A stretch of 25,473 nt of DNA from Saprospiraceae bacterium (lineage in GTDB: Bacteria; Bacteroidota; Bacteroidia; Chitinophagales; Saprospiraceae). The notes under the pieces are model-generated. The model did no database searches and was not told the origin of the DNA. It saw only the letters and a list, made by a program, of their open reading frames with translations. The first letter of the stretch is position 1; each line of letters begins with the position of its first letter. The DNA is taken from NCBI GenBank assembly GCA_016787375.1, contig JAEUUM010000036.1, positions 1-25,473 of the forward strand, given 5' to 3'. Below are positions 16,778 through 25,473 of this stretch, piece by piece. The position numbers and the translations under genes were made by a program.

Positions 16778-17902
16778 ATGAAATTCAGTACATCTTCAAC
16801 AGAACTACTAAAACATCTCCAAATAGCTGGTGGTGCTATTACAAATAATCCGGTATTGCCAATTTTAGAGGACTTTCTGTTCACTATCAAAGACAATCAT
16901 CTTAAAATAACAGCATCGGATCTTGATACAACCATCATCACAACCATCGATATAATGGCTGAGAAAGACGGTTCAATTGCCATACCGGCAAAAATTTTAA
17001 CTGAAACTCTTAAAGCACTACCAGAACAACCCATAACCTTTGAAGTAGACGAATCGTCCTACAATGTTACCCTTACGAGTGCATTTGGAACTTACAAACT
17101 TTCCGGTGAAAATGGGGCAGATTTCCCTGAAACACCCACTTCTTCAAATGTTGATGAGATCGAGATACCCACAGATATATTGTCACATGCCATAATCAAT
17201 ACGATTTTTGCCACAAGCAGTGACGATCTGAGGCCAACAATGACAGGTGTTTATTTCTTATTCGAAGACAATAAAGCTACCTTTGTCGCTACCGATGCCC
17301 ACAAACTTGTTAAATATTCTCATAATATCACGAACGAGTCAGTTTCTGCATCTTTTATAATGCCAAAGAAGGCATTGAATCTGTTGAAATCTTCGCTTGC
17401 ATCAAGCCCGGATGTTAGAATTTCATTCAATAAATCTAACGCTTTTTTTACCTTTGGAAATTTCCAGATGGCATGTAGACTGATTGAGGGCAGATACCCT
17501 GACTACAATATGGTTATACCGGTTGATAACCCGAATATAATGACCATCAGACGATTAGATTTTCTAAATTCGCTGAAACGTATTGCCATATATGCCAATA
17601 AAACAACAAATCAAGTATTAATCAAAATCGACGGTGAAAATCTGAATATTTCATCCCAAGATCTTGATTTTTCAAACGAAGCTGAAGAAACCATTCCATG
17701 CACGTACGATGGCAAACAAATGCAAATAGCATTCAATGCTAAGTTTTTAATCGAAATGCTGAGTATACTTTCCTCAGGTGATATAACACTTGAGCTTTCA
17801 GAACCAAACAGAGCAGGAATATTGAGGCCCGCAGATCAGGATCCTTCAAGTGATCTTTTGATGTTGGTAATGCCTGTAATGATAAATGTTCAACAGGCTT
17901 AA
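16778..17902 (+). CDS. dnaN: DNA polymerase III beta sliding clamp
   Basis: 374 aa; NPVLPILEDFLF, ASDLDT, IAIPAK, DDLRPTMTGV, VATDAHKL, RLIEGRYPDY, IAFNAKFL and LVMPV. Confidence 0.98.
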   Translation: MKFSTSSTELLKHLQIAGGAITNNPVLPILEDFLFTIKDNHLKITASDLDTTIITTIDIMAEKDGSIAIPAKILTETLKALPEQPITFEVDESSYNVTLTSAFGTYKLSGENGADFPETPTSSNVDEIEIPTDILSHAIINTIFATSSDDLRPTMTGVYFLFEDNKATFVATDAHKLVKYSHNITNESVSASFIMPKKALNLLKSSLASSPDVRISFNKSNAFFTFGNFQMACRLIEGRYPDYNMVIPVDNPNIMTIRRLDFLNSLKRIAIYANKTTNQVLIKIDGENLNISSQDLDFSNEAEETIPCTYDGKQMQIAFNAKFLIEMLSILSSGDITLELSEPNRAGILRPADQDPSSDLLMLVMPVMINVQQA

Positions 17903-17939
17903 GAAAACCATTCCCTGATCATACTTTTTAAAATTGCCG

Positions 17940-18362
17940 ATGAGAACTACCTCTGTTTATATCCTATTTGTATTCATAATCTTAACCGCTTTAACAGGCT
18001 GCAAGAAAGACGAAAGCCCTGAATCGGCTTTAAGAAATTGGTTGTACTACATAGATAATGGGAGATTTGATGAAGCAAAGGCACTAAGCACTGAAAACGG
18101 CAAATACTTGGTAAATGTGCTAAGCAAAATTAATGAGTCAGATGATAGTACCACTCACGACTTTAAATCACTAAGTTGTAGAGTGATTAATGATTCTGCC
18201 ATTTGTAAATTTTCATACGAGGAGGGAATTTTTGATAGTGTTTATTTGAAAAAAGTGAATAATAAATGGTTCTATGGAGGCAATTTTGAGGAATTGGATG
18301 AGGGCCTTGACGAATTTTTTGACGAAATGATTGAAGAAAATTCTGACACAACCAATTTTTAA
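17940..18362 (+). CDS. Lipoprotein of unknown function (DUF4878-like, tentative)
   Basis: Hydrophobic signal ending in lipobox LTG|C, then KKDE. SPESALRNWLYYIDNGRFDEAKALST and LKKVNNKW resemble small NTF2-like lipoproteins. ATG 17940 is preferred over TTG 17934. Confidence 0.7.
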   Translation: MRTTSVYILFVFIILTALTGCKKDESPESALRNWLYYIDNGRFDEAKALSTENGKYLVNVLSKINESDDSTTHDFKSLSCRVINDSAICKFSYEEGIFDSVYLKKVNNKWFYGGNFEELDEGLDEFFDEMIEENSDTTNF

Positions 18363-18370
18363 CTGTTCTA

Positions 18371-18943
18371 ATGAAAACAGGCCTGTTTTTTGGTTCCTTT
18401 AATCCTGTACACATAGGTCACCTTATCATTGCAAATTTCATGGCTACCCATACCGACCTAAAAGAGGTTTGGATGGTTGTTTCTCCCCAAAACCCGTTAA
18501 AAGATAAAACTTCACTGGCTCCTGAGAGGGAGCGCTTACACATGCTGCGTTTGTGTATCGATGACAACCCAAAGTTGAAGGCTTCGGATATAGAGTTTAA
18601 ACTTCCCAAACCTTCTTATACAATTGATACGTTAACTTACCTCAAAGAAAAATTCCCAAAGAGAGAATTTGTGCTAATTATGGGAAGTGATAACCTTGAA
18701 ACTCTTCACAAATGGAAAAATTTTGAACTTCTTTTGTCGGATTACAGCATTTATGTTTACAACAGACCCGGATTTGAGAATAATCCATTTCCTGAAAAAG
18801 AAAACATCAGATTTTTCGATGCTCCTCAAATGATTATTTCAGCAAGTGTAATCAGAAAATTCATCCAGGAAAAGAAATCTGTGAGATATATGGTGCCTGA
18901 AAGTGTGTTTGAATATCTTGAGTCATGCAAGCTGTATAGATAA
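18371..18943 (+). CDS. nadD: Nicotinate-nucleotide adenylyltransferase
   Basis: LFFGSFNPVHIGH, VSPQNPLK, PSYTIDTL, IMGSDNL and ISASVIR. Confidence 0.96.
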   Translation: MKTGLFFGSFNPVHIGHLIIANFMATHTDLKEVWMVVSPQNPLKDKTSLAPERERLHMLRLCIDDNPKLKASDIEFKLPKPSYTIDTLTYLKEKFPKREFVLIMGSDNLETLHKWKNFELLLSDYSIYVYNRPGFENNPFPEKENIRFFDAPQMIISASVIRKFIQEKKSVRYMVPESVFEYLESCKLYR

Positions 18944-18992
18944 ACAATGAAAACTGTAATCCGTCGTTAAAAAATAAAACAGTGCAGTAGAT

Positions 18993-21323
18993 ATGGCTAA
19001 ATATTTTTATGTATCATCAATACTTTGTCTGTTTCTAAGCTCACTTGGGTTTGGTCAGTCTTCGGACATGCTTATAGGTGAGTGGAAAAATTATTATCCC
19101 TACCGCAATGGTGTGATGATTACTCAAAGCGAAGATGAAGTCTTTTACGGTAATCAATTTGCTGTCTTGGTTTGTGATAAATCGGCGAACATTAAAAGAT
19201 ATATTACCAGAACATCTGGTTTAACAGATATTGATCTGGGCCTAATCAAATATACTCCTCATAATAACACTCTGATAGTTAGTTATCAAAATGGAAATAT
19301 CGATTTGTATCAAGGTGCAGAAGAGGTAACAAACTTAAATTATATAAAAATCAATACAAACATCGTAGGTAAGAAAGGCATAAATGATATTCATTTAAAG
19401 AATGACTCAACCGCAATCCTGAGTGCTGATTTTGGCCTTATGATTCTTGATTTGTCAAGATTTGAATTTTCAGCAACCGTTTTCACTCCTTACACAGTAA
19501 AATCAACTTGTCACAGAAATGACTCAGTATTTGTGGCAACCAGTGGCGGTGTATATGTCATTCCTCCAGGAATCAACATCCAGGATTTTGGCCAATGGAA
19601 GCTTATTAATGCAAATAATGGTTCAAATTACAGCTCAACGGCATGTGTAATTTTCAACAACTCGCTCTATTTTAGTAAGAATGACACTTTGGTGAAACAA
19701 GAATCAAACAATACGTTCACCAATTTAGCATATTACAAAGACACCCGAATCAACTATTTGACCGCAGAAGGTAAACACCTCATCTGTGGGTTATTCTGCA
19801 CCGCCAATGGAGGATGCACAGGCAGGCTACTCATACTCAATGAAAAGGATGAAACAACTGAATTGGCCGGAAAAACTTGCTTTAACAGACCTTTAAATGC
19901 CATTGAAGACGCAAATGAAAGGGTGTGGATTGCAGATGAGTGGAACGAATTTAAATATTATGATATAACTTCCGACCAATGTAATTCATTCACTGTAAAC
20001 TCACCAACAACAGAGACCAATTTTGATATGACCATTGCAAATGGTAAAACATACATTACTGCAGGTGGCTTAATACTTGGCCAAAATTATTCTTTTAACT
20101 CTAATGGGCTTAATATTTTTGACAACACAACAAAAAGCTGGAGTGCAGTAAATGCACAGAATTATCCAATTCTGTCTCAGGAGGAAGCGCAGTTTGATTT
20201 TTTGAATATTGTAACCAATCCTGAAAATTCTCAGATTTTATATTTTGGTTCTTATTATGGTGGATTAATTGAGTACAACGGCACAGACTTAAAAATTTAC
20301 AATGAGAAAAATTCTGCTATACGTGGTGGTGTAGGTGACGAAAAAAGGGAAAGGATTGCAGGTTTAGCCTATGACTCAAAAGGAAACCTTTGGATGGCAA
20401 ATACTTTGGCAGCAAAACCAATAATTGTGTTAAAAAAGGATGGAACCTGGCAGAGTTTTTCGGTTAATTCGGGCACAGGATTATTGCAATTAGCAATAGA
20501 TCAAAACAACAATAAATGGTTTGTGATAGGGGGTCAAGGTGGCAGTTTATATGTATTTAATGAGGGGAATGACATTAACAGCACAGTTGATGATCAATGG
20601 AGAGAAATAACAACCGCAAATTCAAATTTACCTTCCAACACGGTAAATTGTGTGACGGTAGACAATAATGGTGATGTTTGGGTCGGAACAGCTGCAGGGC
20701 CAGTTGTTTTTGAATGCGGTGGTGATGTGTTCAAAAGTACATGTAAGGGCACCCGTGTCATAGTTGAACAAGATGGCTTTGGAGCATATCTTCTTGAAAC
20801 CGAAAATATTAGAACCATTAAAGTTGACGGTGGCAATAGAAAATGGTTTGGCACAGACAACGGCGTTTTCGTTCAATCTTCGGATGCAAAAACACTGATT
20901 AACAAGTTCGATATTAAAAATAGTCCCTTACCGAGTAACTCTATAACTTCAATGGCTATAAACCATGAAAACGGGGAGTGCTGGATTGGCACAACAAAAG
21001 GGGTTGCTATATTTAGAATGGAAGCAACTGCCGGCGGAACTATTCATAAATCTAACATCTACGCTTTCCCTAATCCTGTAAAACCCGAATACACGGGACC
21101 CATTATCATTACCGGATTGGCTGAAGATTCAAATGTGAAAATCACTGATACCTCGGGCAGACTGGTTTTTGAAACAACATCAATCGGTGGGCAGGCAGTT
21201 TGGTATGGCACAGATTACAGAGGTAAAAGGGCAAGTAGTGGAGTATACCTTGTTTTTGCAACTGGTACAGCTGACATAGAAAACCCCGATGGTATCGTAA
21301 CTAAAATCTTGTTGGTTAACTAA
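18993..21323 (+). CDS. porZ: T9SS attachment-complex protein PorZ (beta-propellers plus type A CTD)
   Basis: Signal ends LGFG|Q; N-terminal IGEWKNYYPY. Repeated two-component-regulator propeller motifs (AYDSKGNLW, IDQNNNKW, VDNNGDVWVGT, VDGGNRKWFGT). CTD reads IYAFPNPVKPEYTGPIIITGL...SSGVYLV...TKILLVN. Confidence 0.88.
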   Translation: MAKYFYVSSILCLFLSSLGFGQSSDMLIGEWKNYYPYRNGVMITQSEDEVFYGNQFAVLVCDKSANIKRYITRTSGLTDIDLGLIKYTPHNNTLIVSYQNGNIDLYQGAEEVTNLNYIKINTNIVGKKGINDIHLKNDSTAILSADFGLMILDLSRFEFSATVFTPYTVKSTCHRNDSVFVATSGGVYVIPPGINIQDFGQWKLINANNGSNYSSTACVIFNNSLYFSKNDTLVKQESNNTFTNLAYYKDTRINYLTAEGKHLICGLFCTANGGCTGRLLILNEKDETTELAGKTCFNRPLNAIEDANERVWIADEWNEFKYYDITSDQCNSFTVNSPTTETNFDMTIANGKTYITAGGLILGQNYSFNSNGLNIFDNTTKSWSAVNAQNYPILSQEEAQFDFLNIVTNPENSQILYFGSYYGGLIEYNGTDLKIYNEKNSAIRGGVGDEKRERIAGLAYDSKGNLWMANTLAAKPIIVLKKDGTWQSFSVNSGTGLLQLAIDQNNNKWFVIGGQGGSLYVFNEGNDINSTVDDQWREITTANSNLPSNTVNCVTVDNNGDVWVGTAAGPVVFECGGDVFKSTCKGTRVIVEQDGFGAYLLETENIRTIKVDGGNRKWFGTDNGVFVQSSDAKTLINKFDIKNSPLPSNSITSMAINHENGECWIGTTKGVAIFRMEATAGGTIHKSNIYAFPNPVKPEYTGPIIITGLAEDSNVKITDTSGRLVFETTSIGGQAVWYGTDYRGKRASSGVYLVFATGTADIENPDGIVTKILLVN

Positions 21324-21326
21324 TAT

Positions 21327-22469
21327 TTAATTACCAGTTTTTTTGAAATTGCTGATTACTTCCATGTAATAATTTTCATATTCCGGAAGTATCACACTGA
21401 TGTCAAACTTCTTAGCTTGATTTAGTGAGTTCTTTCTGAAAGTACTTAATCTGTTTTCATCACTGAGTATTTCAATTGCTCTCAAAGCCATGGTTTCATG
21501 GTCCCCAACTTCGCAAAGATAACCAGTAACGCCGTCAATATTCACTTCAGGTAAACCACCTATATTAGATGAAATGACCGGGACCTCGCACGCCATAGCC
21601 TCCAACGCTGACAACCCAAAACTCTCACTGGCTGAAGGAATCAAAAACAAATCGCCAATTGCTAAAATTTCTTCAATGGCATCTTGCTTACCCAAAAATC
21701 GTACATGATCACAAAGATGCAGTTCACGGCAGAGTTCCTCTAAGTTCTGCCTTTCAGGCCCATCACCAATCATCAAAAGTTTTGACGGAATGACCTTGTG
21801 GACTGAAGCAAAAATCCTGATTACTTCGTCCACACGTTTAACTTTTCGAAAATTAGATGTGTGTATTAGAATCTTTTCCCCATTCGGGGCTATAGCCTTC
21901 CTAAAATGATCTTTATTTAGTTTCTTGAATCGGTCAAAATCAATAAAATTATAAATTACTTTGATGGGTACATGTATGTTGAAGTTCTCATAAGTGTCAT
22001 GAGCCAGACTTTCCGAGACAGCAGTAACTCCATCAGAATGATTGATTGAGAATTCTACTACAGGAGAAAATGTCCGGTTATTTCCAACCAAAGTAATGTC
22101 GGTACCGTGGAGAGTTGTGATAATAGGGATTGATTTACCATTGGTTAACAAAATTTGTTTCGCCATATAAGCGATCGCTGCATGTGGAATGGCATAATGC
22201 ACGTGAAGCAGATCAAGGTCTTCATATTTTACAACATCAACAACTTTACTGGTAAGTGCAGTATCATACGGAGGAAATTCAAATAATGGGTAATCAACAT
22301 TTGTGACTTCATGATAAAAAATATTCTCAGAATAATGAGTTAAGCGCGCCGGTTGACGGTATGAAATAAAATGAATCTTGTGCCCGACTTTTGCCAGACC
22401 TTTGCCAAGTTCTGTTGCCACAACACCGCTTCCACCATAAGTTGGATAACAAAGTATACCTATTTTCAC
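21327..22469 (-). CDS. bshA: N-acetyl-alpha-D-glucosaminyl L-malate synthase (bacillithiol biosynthesis, GT4)
   Basis: CYPTYGGSGVVATELG, HVHYAIPHA, TLHGTDITLVG, SNFRKVKR and ESFGLSALEAMA. GTG start. Confidence 0.95.
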   Translation of the reverse strand: MKIGILCYPTYGGSGVVATELGKGLAKVGHKIHFISYRQPARLTHYSENIFYHEVTNVDYPLFEFPPYDTALTSKVVDVVKYEDLDLLHVHYAIPHAAIAYMAKQILLTNGKSIPIITTLHGTDITLVGNNRTFSPVVEFSINHSDGVTAVSESLAHDTYENFNIHVPIKVIYNFIDFDRFKKLNKDHFRKAIAPNGEKILIHTSNFRKVKRVDEVIRIFASVHKVIPSKLLMIGDGPERQNLEELCRELHLCDHVRFLGKQDAIEEILAIGDLFLIPSASESFGLSALEAMACEVPVISSNIGGLPEVNIDGVTGYLCEVGDHETMALRAIEILSDENRLSTFRKNSLNQAKKFDISVILPEYENYYMEVISNFKKTGN

Positions 22470-22544
22470 TAAACTACAGTATTTTTAATTAAAATTTGAA
22501 CAATTAGATAATAATCGGTTTAAATAAATGTTCATTTAGAACGT

Positions 22545-23969
22545 ATGCTAAAATTAAGAAATTATTTGCTTTTATCACTTTTTGTGCGATTAATACATCC
22601 CTTAATGGCACAAAATATCTTTTTGAGCGATGTCTTTCCACTTAAAATAAATGACAATATAGACATTATCAGCCAACAGAGTGGATATAATTATTTTATA
22701 CAGTCTTCCGGCAATGGGTATCAAGTGCACAGATTAGATGCTGAATTAAAAAATTTACGAACCATTCTCCTGCCTCTTAATGAACGAAAATCTGAAGTCG
22801 TATTTTCAGGGTTTGTTAATAAAAATTTGAACATTGTCTACAAATATAGAATAAGGTCTGAGTTGTGTTTTAAGATTATGATATATGATGTGGATTTGAA
22901 TTTAAAAGACAGCACCACTTTAACTTGTTTTCCCAATTCAGTTTACAATCCCCAAATACAAGTAATACCAAGTGAGGACAAAAACTCACTTTTGGTATTT
23001 TATTCACATCTAAGTGACTTTTCGCAGTTCTTATCTTTTGATTTGGGATCAAAAAAACTCAATTGGAGTTACAAATGGGACCATATTTTAGAAAAAACAG
23101 AATTCAGATTTCTTGAAAAAGTTCTGTTTGACAATAAGGGCAATGCGATACTTGTCTTTAATGATCAAATTGCAGTTAAAAACAAATACGCGATTGGTTG
23201 TGCATATTTAACTAAAAACGGAGTCATCAGAAAAACATTTTTTGACCTTCCATTTAATGTGTACGAATCGGATTGGTTTGTTGATAATAAAAATCAGAAA
23301 CTATTGTTGGTTGGAACCTATTCAAATGATAAAGGAAGAAAGGCTAACGGAAGTTTATATTGCAGTTCAAGTATACCATTTACCAATGATTCACTTTATT
23401 ATTGCATGAATCCATTCACCCCTGGATTAATAGGTGCATATTTAAATGAAAAAGAAAAACCTGAAAAGGGCATTGATGATTTTTACATACCCAACGCTAT
23501 ATTAAAGCAAGAGGGTGGTGTTGTGTTTATCATTGAGAAGAATAAAAAAATCGAACGTTATATTTCAGGAAGGTCGACAAATTTCGGAGGTGTTGGAAGA
23601 AACATTATTGATCATTATTATGATGACTTGATGGTAATTTCATTATCAAAAAGCGGTATTATTGAATGGATGGCGCCTTTAGCTAAAAAACAATTCTCAC
23701 AGGATGATGATGGTGACTTTTCTTCTTTTTTACTTATAAAAGGCAGCAACCTCTTGCGAATATTATTCAATGATGAAATAAAAAACGAAAATACCATTAG
23801 CCAATATATCGTCAGAAGCGATGGCAGTTATGAGAGGAAAAGTCTATTAAATACAGATTACCGGAAATTAAAAATAATGTTTAGACAAGGCAAACAAGTA
23901 TCCTCAAACGCCTGTTTAATCCCATGTTTGTCAAGGAATAAATTAAAATTTCTGAAAATCGAGTTTTAG
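22545..23969 (+). CDS. Secreted/periplasmic hypothetical protein, beta-rich
   Basis: 474-aa ORF; signal-like N-terminus ending PLMA|Q; beta-strand-rich; no recognisable catalytic motif. Confidence 0.75.
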   Translation: MLKLRNYLLLSLFVRLIHPLMAQNIFLSDVFPLKINDNIDIISQQSGYNYFIQSSGNGYQVHRLDAELKNLRTILLPLNERKSEVVFSGFVNKNLNIVYKYRIRSELCFKIMIYDVDLNLKDSTTLTCFPNSVYNPQIQVIPSEDKNSLLVFYSHLSDFSQFLSFDLGSKKLNWSYKWDHILEKTEFRFLEKVLFDNKGNAILVFNDQIAVKNKYAIGCAYLTKNGVIRKTFFDLPFNVYESDWFVDNKNQKLLLVGTYSNDKGRKANGSLYCSSSIPFTNDSLYYCMNPFTPGLIGAYLNEKEKPEKGIDDFYIPNAILKQEGGVVFIIEKNKKIERYISGRSTNFGGVGRNIIDHYYDDLMVISLSKSGIIEWMAPLAKKQFSQDDDGDFSSFLLIKGSNLLRILFNDEIKNENTISQYIVRSDGSYERKSLLNTDYRKLKIMFRQGKQVSSNACLIPCLSRNKLKFLKIEF

Positions 23970-23978
23970 GCAATCCTC

Positions 23979-24668
23979 TCAGATAGTTGGAGGATTTATA
24001 TCATCTTCATCATAAAAAACATTAACATAAATCACCCCGGGTTCATGACTCATATCTTTAACAAGTGGATCCATAAATTTCTCCTTTTTTAAAGAGACAT
24101 GATACACTGCCTCCATGTTTTGGTCAACTCCAGTGTACTTAACGTTAACAAGTTTTACGGTTCCGCAATATTTTGAGAATAACGCATCCAATGATTTTTG
24201 AAGCATTAGGGCACCATTATAGGATAGTTGCATAACATGGAATCTTCTTCTTGATTTTCCGAAATTTGAGTATGTCAATGAAATAATTATTAATCCTGAA
24301 ACAGCACTTCCAATCAAGGCCACAACACTTAAGCCTACACCGCAAGCCATGCCAATTGCCAAACTCAAAAATATAAACACCATATCCATGGTATCTCGAA
24401 CAGCAGTTCGAAACCTGATTATACTCATTGCACCTACCAAGCCAAAAGCTCTTGCGAGATTGTTGCCGATAACCAATATTACCAATGCAGAAATAATAGT
24501 TAACATGACAATTGCATTGACAAACGATACTGAATACGAAGGACCTTTATAAGTTATTCGATAAATCATTGATAGGATTAATCCGCTCAAGAAAGCTACC
24601 AACAAGTTAATCAAAACATCACCGCCTGAAACCGGAAATAAATTGATGGTTGTAAAATCTGTTAACAT
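23979..24668 (-). CDS. DUF4956 domain membrane protein
   Basis: About 5 hydrophobic segments; signature NLARAFGLVGAMSIIRFRTAVRDT and FIFLSLAIGMACG; soluble C-terminal domain; directly downstream of the VTC gene. Confidence 0.88.
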   Translation of the reverse strand: MLTDFTTINLFPVSGGDVLINLLVAFLSGLILSMIYRITYKGPSYSVSFVNAIVMLTIISALVILVIGNNLARAFGLVGAMSIIRFRTAVRDTMDMVFIFLSLAIGMACGVGLSVVALIGSAVSGLIIISLTYSNFGKSRRRFHVMQLSYNGALMLQKSLDALFSKYCGTVKLVNVKYTGVDQNMEAVYHVSLKKEKFMDPLVKDMSHEPGVIYVNVFYDEDDINPPTI

Positions 24669-24694
24669 GTGATCTGATTCATGATTTTAGTAAA

Positions 24695-25471
24695 TTAACT
24701 ATTGCCAAATTTGGGAAGTGAATGACACTTAATTAGAGCATCCCATTGTTTTGATGTTTTGATTATTGGTTGTGATTCTACGCACATCACATACTTGGAG
24801 GCGGGTCCTTTCACCAATTCAAAATCAGCTAAAATTGGTTTGATCCATGTGGGACAGTATCGATTGAATTTAACCTCTAGTATAAAATGGTCAGGATTCA
24901 CAGTCATAATATCTCTTTCAATAAAAAGTTCGTGTGTACCCGGATAAGGTACTGAACGAAGATTTTTGTCGATAGAGAGCCTTATCCCATTGTCACTGTC
25001 TATTATTTTACTTTCATAGGCTTCACGTTCATAGATGACATTAACAACAGGTTGGAGAGAATTAGAGAGGATTTGATAGAAAAATTTTCGAATGTTCAGG
25101 GCATCATCAGTTACAGGTAATACAGTTTTCAGATCAACACCATTGAATATTTTTTGCACGATGTTGTATTGTAAAACAGCCCTGTTTTTGACAATCGGAC
25201 CTTCATATTTTCTTTTAATCTCGCAAATAACATTCGCGTTTTCATCACCTAGATCATAACCCCTTAACCTAACCTTTAACCTGTGAGCCAAATGATCTAT
25301 TTTGGTATTGTACATATCGAAATCTTTGGTATCAAAATAAATGCTTCTGACTGTGTATTCGTGATCAGGTTTTTTTGATGCAAACTTGTCAGGATGAACG
25401 AAAGGTTTAATGGCGCTTCGCAATTCTGGCAATCGAATATTAGGTACAAAATATTTAAACTCTGATCTCAT
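24695..25471 (-). CDS. Polyphosphate polymerase (VTC) domain / TTM-fold protein
   Basis: RSEFKY, VRSIYFDT, RLKVRLRGY, EIKRK, YEREAY, RLSIDKNL, ILEVKF and SKY. The start sits at the window edge and may extend by a codon or more. Confidence 0.88.
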   Translation of the reverse strand: MRSEFKYFVPNIRLPELRSAIKPFVHPDKFASKKPDHEYTVRSIYFDTKDFDMYNTKIDHLAHRLKVRLRGYDLGDENANVICEIKRKYEGPIVKNRAVLQYNIVQKIFNGVDLKTVLPVTDDALNIRKFFYQILSNSLQPVVNVIYEREAYESKIIDSDNGIRLSIDKNLRSVPYPGTHELFIERDIMTVNPDHFILEVKFNRYCPTWIKPILADFELVKGPASKYVMCVESQPIIKTSKQWDALIKCHSLPKFGNS

Positions 25472-25473
25472 CA

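Noticed and set aside
9237-24947. Remaining 60-175 aa alternative-frame ORFs (e.g. 9237..9518, 11925..12449, 18187..18414, 20594..20876, 24759..24947)
   Set aside because: All lie within or across well-supported genes and show no signal, motif or independent expression signals.
1-25473. CRISPR arrays, IS/transposases, integrases, tRNA/rRNA
   Set aside because: All intergenic gaps are under 200 bp and none contains spaced repeats, terminal inverted repeats or RNA-gene signatures.

Overview
A compact, AT-rich (about 35% GC in hand-sampled lines) chromosomal window from a member of Bacteroidota. The evidence is T9SS porZ, DUF2851, TAnnTTTG-type promoter boxes, and signal peptides cleaved before Gln. 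The family cannot be assigned from sequence alone. Left to right: (i) a minus-strand operon with a 1208-aa Oar-like, non-SusC TonB-dependent outer-membrane protein followed by a large secreted Cys/Asp-rich partner (>828 aa, runs off the left edge, absent from the ORF track); (ii) a SerA-like D-2-hydroxyacid dehydrogenase divergent from a group II geranylgeranylglyceryl-phosphate synthase (PcrB-like) and rsgA; (iii) mreB-mreC-mreD-mrdA-folA-DUF2851 on the minus strand, with no rodA; (iv) an orphan non-catalytic M16B subunit divergent from dnaN, a lipoprotein, nadD and porZ; (v) bshA; (vi) a secreted hypothetical protein; (vii) a VTC (polyphosphate polymerase/TTM) domain gene plus a DUF4956 membrane protein at the right edge. 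I found no rRNA, tRNA, CRISPR array or mobile element. The best candidates for undescribed systems are the TonB-dependent barrel with its giant partner, the VTC/DUF4956 pair, the GGGPS/SerA-like divergon and DUF2851. All family assignments come from motif recognition, not database searches.
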